Assembly (NCBI GenBank): GCA_030141605.1 | Contig: JAQGDQ010001189.1 | Location: 1 to 56,583 of the forward strand | Reading direction: 5' to 3' | DNA length: 56,583 bases | Source: Tubiluchus corallicola | Lineage: Eukaryota > Animalia > Priapulida | Part shown: in pieces, positions 25,956-38,439 of the stretch | How the letters are laid out: each line of letters starts with the position of its first letter | Position numbering within the stretch: position 1 is the stretch's first letter | Notes under the pieces: generated by a model | The model's input: the letters and a program-made list of their open reading frames with translations, nothing else | Told to the model about the DNA's origin: nothing | Databases searched by the model: none | Made by a program: the position numbers and the translations under genes

Positions 25956-28900
25956 CAGTGAGCAGTGCAAAAACACATTTGGACCTTGAGATTTAATTTT
26001 CTCTCCTTTTCATTTAAAGCTGGACCCACCTTGACTGCAATCCGCTTGAACACTTGCATCACAAAATCGACCAAAGTCCTCTAAAGCGTTTTAAGCTGCA
26101 AAAACTACATTGACTGTGACCGTCTGTGTAAAGTGAACGTGATCTTGACATTCAGTGTTATTCCTGAGCAAATACAAATAATTATTTTTGATTATGTGGC
26201 TGTTACTGGTCATCTTAGGATTTTGCTGTTTTTTTTTAGTCCATTCAGCCTAAGAAGGTCGTGTTTTGCCAATTTATTCTTACTTCCCCCCTTTTCAGTT
26301 ACTTAACAATGTGTACGTTGACACAAAAACTAATAAAGAAGGGCAAAGTTTTGCAGATGTTGTATGCACCATGATTGCTAGATCGTACTTGTTCGTGCAG
26401 CACGTACCGCACATTGTGACGACTGTAGTTTAGTCATTGTAAAAATGAAGAACATTTATATCTCTAGCAGGTTTATCTGTCTTTTAATTATTGGAACTGA
26501 GACTTTCATTGTTGCATGTAAATAAAAATTAGAAATTAAATGCGACAGAACTGAACAAGGAATTAAATGTTGCGTTTGCTAGAACTTTTCGACGTAACAA
26601 ATTTTCCGAGTTACTGTTCACCGCAGCAACAATATTGAGATCTTTTAATTGCACTTATTACCAATGTGTATGTGTAGTTAGTTGTAATAATTGTAGCTCT
26701 CTAGCGGGCGACCTATTGATTTAGCTTGTTATTTGGTTTCGTATTTAGTGGAAAAATGTTATTAAGTCGTTTCTGGGTTCTCCTACGCATTTGTATGTTG
26801 ACAATAATAGTGATAATGAGAATTTAAGACTTCGCAACGTCTCGCGTCGCAACGTCTTCGTAGAAGATTTCGGTATAATATCCGTAATGTCGTTCATTCT
26901 ACTGTTTATTAATGTACATTTTTATTCTAATGGTTGCTATCATGTAATTATGATTTAATTAATAATTTTGTGTAACTAATTAGAATCAACATGCATAAAG
27001 CATATTAAAGATAAAACAATTTTTGGTTTGCTATAGTTCAGTAAAATAATAACCAGTTTTACACAATAAAAGCTGCTCAACACATAAAAACAGAAGCATA
27101 CAGAAAAGTCGAGAAGACTATCACATGATACACACTTAACAGTTCAAATCAAATTACAGCTACAAAAATTACTAAAGAATGCCCTAACTGGGCTTGAATT
27201 ATAGTTACAATTTTATTAGAACAGTGGTGTAATTATTTAAAGGAATGAAAATTTTTTGCTTTTCGAATATGCGTGGTTGCATTTTGAATGTAACTGACAC
27301 GAGTGAAGAGTTTCTAGCTTTAAATCACCAGAATATTTAGACTTAGGACGTAAGATGCTATCTGGAAAATGACGCATTATAACTATTGGTAGGTGAACAG
27401 CCTTATGGTACAACGATTTTTCGTGATTTTTTTTATCAGGAGACGTGAAATTAAAAAGAAAATAACACCCAGCATTTTTTCAGTTTTGTTGTTTAAGTCA
27501 GGCAAAAGTTACTAAACTGCATTTTCACCTTGATGTTCAATTTGTACGAAAAACCCTGAAAAGGTTTTGTTAATTTAGGCACATTAATTAGCAGTTCTTA
27601 ACACAATCGTTTTACTCGGTAAATGTGACACGGTTATAATGAATAAATAACGAAAATTTAAGTTAGTAGTCACAAAAATTCTCACCTTTTCCCCGTAAAC
27701 ATGCTCAATTTTCACCTATTTTGCACTTTGTCTGCACCTGTAAGTGAGAGTCTGAGAGAGAACGTGCATGCGTATATATATAAATATATATTATCAACCA
27801 CGTGGCTCGTTTTGATAAATCAAATGCAGTTGCCAGCTATGTTCAAAATGGGTTAATGGGCAGGTAGTACATTGCTTAGGTCCAAAAATCGGAAGTCGCT
27901 GTTTCTACTACTGTAATGCTAATATTTGTATATGTTTTCATTAATTCTCTGATCACTGCAAGCAAAAGCTTGTGCCAAATGGCAGGACAAGTCTTTCATG
28001 GTGTAGGCTGTACGGTAACACATAACTTGCTTTCGCTGCTTCACCTTTTAAAATTCGTTACATTTAATAAGACATATTAACGTCTTCTTTTTAAGACGAC
28101 AATGAAGTTTCCCGTGCTCTAGAAGTTTTCCTATTTAATTTTGGACCTGTCCGGTAAAGATATGCTTAAAACGCTTTTTTACTTACCTGAAAGTGCAAAC
28201 ACACGAAAACAATTGATAGATTTTTTTGTATGCAATTTGATGCATTGTAAGCCGGCATTTAGGACTTAAAGTAAAGCCTACTACTACTATCGAATAGTTG
28301 TAGTGGGATTAGTACCTAGTGTATTATTGCACGATAATTCTCGATCTAAGATGATCGGCTGTGATTTCTAACGTCAGTGAGAAAATTTACATGATCCTCA
28401 TGAAGCATGCAACGCACACACCGGATGACGCAAAAAATGATCCGAAGTTTAGACTACAATAATATTAGAAATAGGTGTCTTAAAAAGTTGGAATTTTAAC
28501 CATTTTATAGCATGACTTCACTACACATTAACTTTGGTGTGAAAATTAAAAATTTATAATTTTAGAAGTTATGGTAACGTTTCAGTTATCGCGAAACTTG
28601 TGCAAGTAAAAAATGTAAATGCCGGAATAATACCACCAATTCATCAATCGAAGGCAGTGCGTTGACCTATAAAACACTTAATAGAACAGCTGCAGTACGA
28701 TGACCGCAATTTCATGCAGAGGAAAAAAATTGATTGTTGATTGCTGGGATTAAATAACCTTTAAAGAAGTGAGAAACTATATCAGCTGTTGGAAGAAACA
28801 CCTTCGTCTAGTTTGCAGTGAAAGTGGTGGAAACATAGAGTGTGCACTTGCTGTAAATCGTGACCAAATTTCACTGGTCCCAATGATCACCAACAATAGT

Positions 28901-29571
28901 GACCAAATTTCTTCCGGCATTCAGTTCTTAATGAAAACTTCTGCATCTTTAGAAAAATCTAAGGAATGACCTAAAATCTTCGAAGATTCTTCATAAGCGT
29001 CTTGTAATATCAATGTAGCAATTTTAAAGTGATTCCATTATGTTCTTATAATATCGCGATCAAAACTTTCGCATATTTTTGCGCCACCGATATAAAACAC
29101 TTGGAATCTTGTACAAACGGTTGACAAGGCTGTAAGTGCATACGAAATGCAGACTAGATTATGTCTAATTTACCACGGTGAGTAATGCAATTTTTTTAAT
29201 TTACTTGCATCTATAAAAGGGCTATACATTATAACGTTAATTAAGAAGAAAACTAATACGTCTGTTCCTCAAGGCCAAAGTCAAATTGAGCTGAGATGAG
29301 ATTTCCATCGGACTAATAGCTATCTTTTAGTGACCCAAATCACAGTAGCACACCGGCACAAAATTTGCGTTTCTGTCCTCACTGAAAAATCTTTTGATAT
29401 TTTTCCACGCTGTCCGAAGTTTTTATTTTACCTGAAATAGCAATTACGTGTACGAAGGGTACACGTGCAGCTTTTAATAATTCGAACTCACGATAAAGCA
29501 TTATAAGCATGTATGCTTTTTTTACGTAAAGTAAATACCGTTCCCTGGCTTTCTTTTCCTCACTCTCGCCT

Positions 29572-30019
<448 letters not shown>

Positions 30020-30744
30020 TATATATATAAAGGTGAAAGTTTGTGATGATTAGCACTCTGTAAGGACGTTAATTGGTGATAATATGTTACTGTTGTCGAG
30101 TACTAAGTAAGGCTATTCTCGTTTTATTGGCGTTGCTTCACCTGCAATTAGAACTGCAGTAATAGTAGTATTTATTACTGCAATTATAGTAATAAAAAGA
30201 ATTTCGTTATTAATTCCTTTCGATTTGATAGTTTGGACCTAGTACATCATTTTTACGTTACACAAGCATGGATTAGCTCCTGTTAGGTGATTGTGAATGT
30301 CTTTTAGAAGTTTGCCAGGTGACTACGAGTGAACCGTAACTACTTGGCAAACGTTCCGGTGTTTCGATATGACAATCACTAAAATAATACCATTTTTCAT
30401 TAACTCCAAATCAGCGGCATTTTAAGAGAAAAAGCCTTGAAATTACCGTCAAAAGGCACGAACTTGCCAAATAAATCCTTTGCGGAGGCAACCCGCCGAA
30501 TTATTAACACTCCGTAATCTCCGTTCTGGTTTTTTTTCCATCAAAGACCTTCAATATGAACACAGCCCAGTGCACATAACATAATGTACTTCAATGTGTT
30601 TATTATTATTCAGCAGCTGAGTTGCTGATTTCTACAAAAAGATCTGACGAATACATTGTTGATGTAAATAAATAGCCTTAAAATGAAGAAAAATTCGGCT
30701 AGGGCCCCGATGGGAGTGGCTTGTGCCAGGGACACTCGCAGGCG

Positions 30745-30818
30745 TATATAACGGCAAATGTAACAGTGAAACGGCACATCATATTGGCTGGAGATTAGTA
30801 GTCATACCTGTACTCGTG
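30745..30818 (+). promoter_or_regulatory. TATA box and short non-coding first exon of secreted paralogue A
   Basis: TATATAA at 30745-30751; donor GTAAGT at 30819; acceptor TTTTCAG ending at 31187, six nt before the ATG. Paralogue B has the same layout and a similar GGCTGGA..AGTAGT leader sequence. Confidence 0.65.
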
Positions 30819-30952
30819 GTAAGTACTCATATATGTAGCTAATTTTAATTATAGTAGTCTATACATTGCATTTTTAGCATGTGTGTATGTAAGATTTTAA
30901 TTATTAAATAAAGATGTTATTTTTATATGTATTTATCCATACATCTACATAC

Positions 30953-30958
<6 letters not shown>

Positions 30959-31023
<65 letters not shown>

Positions 31024-31049
31024 ATATGACATGCATCTTAAATATGAGT

Positions 31050-31122
<73 letters not shown>
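30959..31122 (+). repeat. (AT)n (30959-31020) and (GA)n (31050-31122) microsatellites in intron 1 of paralogue A
   Basis: Directly visible. Confidence 0.95.
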
Positions 31123-31123
<1 letters not shown>

Positions 31124-31193
31124 GGGGAAGGGAAAAGAAAAAGTCTTGCATATTCTTGCTTTTTCATTTTTTCAAATATTTTTTCAGCTCAGG

Positions 31194-32427
31194 ATGAAGT
31201 TCGTTATAGCGTTGATGCTTGTAACCTACGCCCTCGGGCAGGATGTCCAGCGGACTGAATACAGACAAAGCTACCAGTCATCAGGTGACGGTGCTGGCTA
31301 TGGTGCTGGCGGAGCTGCAGGGGGTGGAGGTGCGACCTTCAGAGTCTCCAGTGGTGGAGGAGGAGGAGGAGGAGCATTAGGCGCTGGATCCAGCCAAACA
31401 ATCACGGAAACCAGGCAGACCTTCACCTCTGGAGGTAGTGGCGGTGCTCAAGTCTTAGGCGGCGGTGCTCAACTCCTAGGAGGTGGTCTTTCTGGAGGAG
31501 GAGGCCGCCAGGTTGTGAGCATCAGCAGCTCAGGGGGAAGCAGAGGAGGTGGCGTGTCCAGCATCGGTCTCATTGGAGGCGGCATCGGTCAGCAAATATC
31601 TGGCGGGCTCGGTGGCGGCGCAGTGACGGGTGTCCCAGAATACTTCACCACCACCCGGTATGGACCTATCAGTAGTGGTGGTCTGAGAGGAGAAGGAGAC
31701 CGGTCAAGCAGCTTGACCTATACCAGACAGGGTAGTGCATCAGGTAGTCTGTTCAGCAGAGATCAGGCTGAAGCATCTGAGACAGCATCAAAAACCCGTG
31801 GATACGAATACCGCTACAGGTACGATTCTCTCTTCCACGTGTGACAATTAGCTCAATCGACAAGCTCACGTAAATCCAGTTTTAACAACGCTCTAATTAG
31901 GCTTATTTTATTTTCTAAATGCTAGAGTAATGCTATTAGCTTAGTGAGACATAGCCGATAGTTTTGCCTTTGCTAATGAATTGGACTTTTTTAAAAGTAT
32001 CTCGAAATCGTTAGAACTGCCTGGCAGTATCCTCAATATGATGCATTCTTGTAGTTAAGAATCGCCACTACGTTATTTCCACAGTGATTTGTTCTTCAGT
32101 TACTATCTTTAAAATAGTATTTCCCAAAATAAAATTGGTCGTATTTAATTCATTTTTTTGACAACTGAGAAGCCTTATTTTTCGATTATTGTTGGGGTGT
32201 TATGCCGCAGTACCGTAATAACTATTGTAAGATGTGCGGTGGTGTCACAGCCCAAATTTTGCCGACCGCATGAGGTTTATTATATTGACGGCAGGATTTT
32301 GACATTCTTTTGTTTTTTTAGGGAAGGCCACAATTACGAACAGCCAAAGACTCTCTACAACTACGAAATCGAGGAACCCATCTGGGGATTCGCTGATGTC
32401 GACTTTATCTACAGGGGAGAACAATAA
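31194..32427 (+). CDS. Secreted Gly/Ser-rich, Cys-free protein of unknown family (paralogue A), 243 aa
   Basis: Coding exons 31194-31819 and 32322-32427 (AG|GTACGA...TTTTAG|G). Signal-peptide-like MKFVIALMLVTYALG, a long Gly-rich tract, then a core PEYFTTTRYGPISSGGLRGEG...RGYEYRYREGHNYEQPKTLYNYEIEEPIWGFAD shared with the gene at 35043. The upstream part of the listed 305-aa ORF is intronic microsatellite. Confidence 0.88.
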
Positions 32428-32445
32428 GCAGACCGGGTTAAACCA

Positions 32446-32459
32446 GTTTCCATGGCAAC
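32446..32459. promoter_or_regulatory. Consensus RFX X-box just after the stop codon of paralogue A
   Basis: GTTTCCATGGCAAC, the exact reverse complement of the site at 2104. Confidence 0.4.
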
Positions 32460-34242
32460 AGAAGCAACGGCGAAGTAACAAAGTTTAACACTTCTAAGTG
32501 TAAAAAATAGGTAGATATAATAATTAATCAGCGATACTAACAGTGCAAAAATTAGGTCCAATGTTATTTTTAATTGTAACCGATTTTAAATAATTTAGTG
32601 GTTTACTTTATGTTCTGCGGTAAAAACGTATCTTATATTTGAAAAAAATTTTGCAGCGATTTTGTATGTTTGTTTGCTTCTGTTGCTGCTGGAATAAACT
32701 TGATCCTACGGTGTTGATGGCGATTACGATAACGGAAATTTGTTGACGTAATGACGTTCTATCTATTTTGCGTCATGTGTTGTAAATAGTAACTTAATCA
32801 ATTAACATGTTGGCCTTTACGTTGTCACGATTGCTTAGCATTAACTTATGATTGAACAATTCTACTGAACTCCAGTCTGTGATGTCTATGATTTTGTATG
32901 AATAAATTAAGCAATCGAAAAATGTTTTGTTATTTTTTGTTTTATTATCATGAGGGCATATCGCAGCATCAACATAACATTGTTTTTATCTATAAAAAGA
33001 GTTGTTACTGCTCGGCTATAATGGTGCGCTTTTTCACAGCAGTGTTCTAATTGAAACTTAAACGAAACGCCGTCCAACGGTTTTAATTAATATTAAGAAG
33101 GAACTATGTCGTAGAAGGGACTAATCTTTGTATAACGTTACAATGGGAACTATTTTCGCGGATGCACTATACATGAAGAACTGTACTAAAAAACGTGCGT
33201 GAAATACATCAGTTATTATTCGTAATGCTTATATAACAGTCTACTCACACTGAAAACATTTAACGCCATTGTTTATGGCTGTGATTGTGTGGCTACGTTG
33301 CAATTTATGTACATAAAAAACGTAGTTATAGCGATGACGGAAAATTGCATATGGTACATTCCAGTATCAAAACTTCTTCACCGCTGGAGATGAATCATGC
33401 TGGGGATATTTAACTATGGCTCATGCTACTGTTATAAACGTATTAGCAAATAAATCAAACAATATAGACCAAATCAAGTGGAGATACTGCAAACCTAAAA
33501 TCTTAGTTTAAGTAGCAAAATTAGCTCTGGGTATGGCAGCAAAATTAAGAAAAATAATTTTGCAGTCGTCGTTATTGTTTTCTTGTTGTTATGATGTCGT
33601 TTTATCAACTTCATTATCCTCATCACCAGCGTTATCATCACCGTCATCAATATCGTCATCGTCATAAGAACATCATTATTACAATCACGATCATTATTAT
33701 ACAGCAGTAATAATGAATACATATTTCTTTCTGAGCATTATTTTTGACATGTATGTACTACCTTGGTAACAAAAATTAAAATTCTAGACCCCCGACAATG
33801 ATATAGATTCAACCGCGGTACGTGCGTTGTTGTCTATCTTTATTAATTGCAGATTAGGCAACCTACTTTCATTACAACTTTCACTGAAAACTCACTGCTC
33901 TCATTTCTTAATCTGCACACCTTCAATCGTCCCTCATACAGGTAAAACATCATTCAGTGAAAGTTATTCACGTATTAACGGTGTTTTCTGATCTGCTTCG
34001 CTGCTCATATCGGCACGTTCTATGAAGGGATGACAAAGGAAATGTACACATTTCAGTCACGGAACTCCACTTGGCCTATATTTTCTACCCTCTCCCAAAG
34101 ATGCGAATTAAATCGGAAAAGCTTATCAGCACCGTAACCAAAGAGTTATACTGCAGTGAGCTGAAAAGAACTGGGTTTGCATCGGTTTATTTTTTTATCT
34201 TGATCATTTGAGCACATCAAGTCATCATGGGCGCATAGGGCA

Positions 34243-34315
34243 TATATAAGTGGCTTACATTTTCACAGCTAAATTACCAGGCTGGATCAAGAGTAGTGAT
34301 CTTATTAGTAGAGAA
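34243..34315 (+). promoter_or_regulatory. TATA box and short non-coding first exon of secreted paralogue B
   Basis: TATATAA at 34243-34249; donor GTAAGT at 34316; acceptor TTCTTCAG ending at 35035, seven nt before the ATG. Mirrors paralogue A. Confidence 0.65.
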
Positions 34316-35042
34316 GTAAGTTTCTATGTTATATTATCATTATGAAAAGTGCTTCTGGGTGCAAAGCTGCTGTAGTTGGTACTAATTTGTAATTTTTATC
34401 ATCATAGCGATTTGTCAAGTAAATAACCTCATCACGTGCTTTTGTTCTCAATGGTCAACTTCGCTGGCTACTTTCCGATCTTGACTTTCACCAGACAACA
34501 GCGGCTGACATTGACTGACATACTTGACACACAAAATTCTACTTCATGTGAAACGAAATCCAATTACTTTCTTTCGATGAAAATAACTGTTGTAAAGCTG
34601 AGGTGTTAGTTACCGAGTTCTATACCAGAGTTGTATGTCCGAATTTACCAGTGAATTCCACATACATTGACAAAGTGACAAATCACCTAGGGCATTTTGA
34701 GAAACAATTGTATCTCGACTGTAATATTACGCGTATATTGGTTTTCACGCAAAAATCTCGGTAAAATGCACTGACGAAAATTAGTAAAATTTAATGATAA
34801 ATGGAAAAAGTTTCGCTTTTAATTCCTTATTTTACTAGAAAGTTTTTGACTGCGTTTCTCAATGTGCTGATGTTAAGTTAAAAACTTAAAACTTCACTAA
34901 GACATATCGTTGATATACATTTGCAATCCCATACAGGAAACACAGGATAGAAAGACAGCACATTTTCCAGAAATTCTTGCAGATAATTTTAGCGTCTTAT
35001 TAACATTTATTTATTTTCTAAACCTTTTTCTTCAGCCTCATA

Positions 35043-36725
35043 ATGAAGCTGGTTGCAGCAATATTATTTGCCATAGTGGCTGAAATATCAGCAGCAGGAA
35101 CTGGATACGGTCAATCTGGTCAGCAATTTCAACAAGCTCAGGTCCAAGTGCAGCCAGCCGTCCAATCTTTCCAACAAGTGCAACCAGTGGTTCAGCAGGT
35201 ACAGACCTTCCAACAACCCTCCGTCCACTCCGGTGGTGGATTTAGCCAACAAGGTTATGGTGGATCTCAGCAAGTTCAACAGATGTTCCAGCAGCAGGCT
35301 AGCAGCGCCCCAGAGTATTTCACTACTACCCGATTTGGACCTATTAGCAGTGGTGGTCTGAGAGGAGAGGGAGAGCGGTCGAGCAGCTTGACCTATACTA
35401 GACAAGGTAGCGCATCTGGTAGTCTGTTCAGCAGGGACCAGGCTGAGGCAACAGAAACGGCGAAGAAGACCAGAGGATACGAATACAAGTACAGGTAAGC
35501 GACTAGCTGTTTTTTTAAAGAATTTATACTGTGAGAAGAAACCTTACTGCTCCTCTTGATTTGCCACCGACTGGCTGCGGCGATGAACTGTGATACTGCA
35601 TAACAATTATACAAATTTACAATTTTGTTAATTATTTATAGATTTACAATTTTGTTAATTATTTATAGCGTCTCAGTATCGTTGTGTTATAAAGTGGTAT
35701 AATAGTAAAAATACCGCTACTCTTAATTTTCGAACTAAGGCAATGCATACACATATTTAGAGCAAATTTAGAATTTTGTTATTTATTTCTTCTTAGTATT
35801 ATCATGTTATGTAGTGCCAGTGGCACATAGTAAAAATATCGCATAAACCGCCAATGTTGTTTGTTTGTCACACAGCACATAAAGGTGTTTGTTGTTGACA
35901 GCAAGTTACCAAACCTTCATGGCTCTTCGGGGTCGTAGTTTTAAATGAACAATTGGTTGTTAATATTATGCAGTACATGCAAGTACAATGATTACGGTTT
36001 CAAAAAAATTACTTGCAGTTCTAAAGTTTCTCAAAATTGCAAGCAGCCGCTTCTTCTTGGGCCGAGCTTTGAAAGCGGAGGCATCAGTTCTGTCGAAAGC
36101 TACTCTGCGGCTGTAAAATTTGCTCTTTAAACGCAGTAGTAGTATAACATTACGCTTATTTACGTCTATTTACGCTTTATGCCAATACGCCCCAATTACA
36201 CAAACATCGTGCTGTCCTTAGACCTTATTGATTTTCCATAATTTACTTTTTTGACCTAGCAAACTTTGTTTTCTATAGTGAATCCGCAAATAACTACACA
36301 CATCCTCGTATAAAACAGATCAAAGTTTTAATTATTAAAGCCTAACAATCTACGTTTTAAATTTTATTCTACTTTTTTGTAGGGAAGGACACAGTTTTGA
36401 CCAGCCAAAAACTCTTTACAACTATGACATTGAGGAACCTGTATGGGGTTTCGCTGACAACAACAATGTCTACCGAGGCGAAGGGAGCACCTCTGGCGGT
36501 AGTATCGGAGGTGGCAGTTCTTCAGGATATGGGGGCTCATCGGGTGGTGGTGGGTTTGCAGTTGGTGGAGGTGGAATAGCTGTAGGGGGTGGTGGTTTTA
36601 GCGGTGGGCGCGTTTCCGGTGGCAGTTTTGTTGGTGGCGCCATTATCGGTGGTGGTGGTGGTGGTGGTGGTGGAGGACATGGTAGTTCATCGGGTGGTCA
36701 GTCAAGAGGTGGTTATGGAAAGTAA
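35043..36725 (+). CDS. Secreted Gln-rich/Gly-rich, Cys-free protein of unknown family (paralogue B), 264 aa
   Basis: Coding exons 35043-35494 and 36383-36725, with the same intron position and phase as paralogue A. Signal-peptide-like MKLVAAILFAIVAEISA, Q/V-rich repeats, the shared core, then a Gly-rich tail ending GGYGK-stop (TAA 36723-36725). The last exon frame is absent from the ORF track. Confidence 0.88.
35615..35668 (+). repeat. Perfect 27-bp tandem duplication in intron 2 of paralogue B
   Basis: ATTTACAATTTTGTTAATTATTTATAG x2. Confidence 0.9.
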
Positions 36726-37399
36726 GATTATCATTGACTAGCCAGTGAGGCTGAACCGTTTAACATGAAGTAGAAAATTAACATAACTAAAAGTTTTGCT
36801 CAAAAGCAGGGCATTTTAACATATCTAACAGGAGAATGGCAATGATAAGAAAGATCAACAAAAAAATTGTCATAGCAACCGAGAGCGAACAAATACGTTA
36901 AAATAATAGTGTCTAATTTTAGTCGTTTTGCAGTCGTTTTATCACCTTGCAATTAAAGTTTCAAAATTATCCTTTTTTCAAAAAATGAAGCTTCTTCGTA
37001 TAAAAAAGTTTTTGTAACTGTTAGCAGATTAAGAATGGAAAATCAAAAATTCTTCAGTACACTGGGCAACCCCACAAAACATTGACCTGAGTATGTTACG
37101 TACCATGTTAATAGTGAAAAGACGGTTTTAAATCCATTATCAGTATTTTAGTTTAGTCGACTAATTAGTTTTTATAATACTAACGTTTTATTAAACTGTT
37201 TACTTTTTGTAAAGATGGTGTTTACAAACATGGCCTTGTGTTGTTGCAATTGCTTTTACAAAATCACGTCTGTTGTGCTTTTTATTGAGCATTTGTATAA
37301 ATTTTGTTGAAATATAAAACGTTGCATTTGATTTGAGCATTTTCTTTTTTTCTAAAAAAAGATGTTAACTTTTTTCGACCGCAATGGCAATGACAACGA

Positions 37400-37651
37400 C
37401 TAGCGACAACAACAACAACAACTATAATGACAAAGTTAAGAAAATTCAGCAACAGCAGCAGCGACAGCAAAAGAGCAGCAACAACAACAACTGCACAGTG
37501 AACACTTTAAGAAGGAAACATCGTGCTCACAACAGTTAACTTTAAGGGTTGCTTAATTGAAGGAGGCACTGAGAAATTGAGAGTTACTCAGGACTTGAAC
37601 CTAGAACCTCGCGATTTTAGGCCGCGCACTCTGCGTTTTGAGATGCCGACT
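37400..37651 (-). mobile_element. tRNA-derived SINE; head duplicated at 37892-37962
   Basis: Minus strand of 37581-37651 gives an anticodon-like stem CGCGG-CCTAAAA-TCGCG and a T-arm/B-box CTAGGTTCAAGTCCTGAG, with no good acceptor stem, followed by a body and a (GTT/GCT)n tail. Confidence 0.55.
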
Positions 37652-38172
37652 TAATATAGCAGAGCTGGTCTGACATCTAACACTAGCTCTGTAACAAAGC
37701 GCTGTGTGGTAGGAACTATTCTTACTATACATCGATCTATAGTATACAGTCAGTGCCACCTATCGGTTATGCTTAATGACAACCTATAGTACTATAATTA
37801 TTATGAATATTTTCAAAGCTTCTGTACCTACCTAGATGTAACTTCAAGCAACTGAACAGTTGCTTAATTGAAGGAGGCACTGAGAAATTGAGAGTTACTC
37901 AGGACTTGAACCTAGAACCTCGCGATTTTAGGCCGCGCACTCTGCGTTTTGAGATGCCGACTTAATATAGCAGAGCTGGTCTGACATTTAACACTAGCTC
38001 TGTAACAAAGCGCTGTGTGGTAGGAACTATTCTTACTATACATCGATCTATAGTATACAGTCAGTGCCACCTATCGGTTATGCTTAATGACAACCTATAG
38101 TACTATAATTATTATGAATATTTTCAAAGCTTCTGTACCTACCTAGATGTAACTTCAAGCAACTGAACAGTT
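37548..38172 (+). repeat. Near-perfect 311-bp tandem duplication (2 copies)
   Basis: 37548-37858 is repeated at 37859-38169; I found one substitution (TGACATCTAA vs TGACATTTAA). GTT occurs at all three unit boundaries. Confidence 0.92.
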
Positions 38173-38439
38173 TTACCAAAAGTTTAATACAGTGCTCATA
38201 TCAGAGAGAAACAAATAACTGCTAATTCTTATAAAATTTAAAAGCTTTGTCAACATTTGCAAAACACTTAATCCCAAGACATTAACGGCCTGTTTCGTTG
38301 CTGCAATTCTTCTTTATTCTTTTATACTTCTTTATACTGATTAAGTGTACATAATCAGTTAAAAAATACTAAACCAATCACAATATACCTAATGATAATC
38401 AATTTGGCAAATAAAAAGCTGAGTTAGTGCTAATTAAGG

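Noticed and set aside
30927-31193. N-terminal extension of the 305-aa ORF
   Set aside because: Intronic (AT)n/(GA)n; an acceptor at 31187 precedes a signal-peptide ATG at 31194, matching paralogue B.
35043-36725. Neuropeptide precursor interpretation of the secreted pair
   Set aside because: No repeated peptide units flanked by dibasic or GKR sites; composition fits structural proteins better.
37581-37651. Functional tRNA gene
   Set aside because: Acceptor stem and D-arm do not pair properly and the anticodon loop is non-canonical; it has a SINE-like body and tail.
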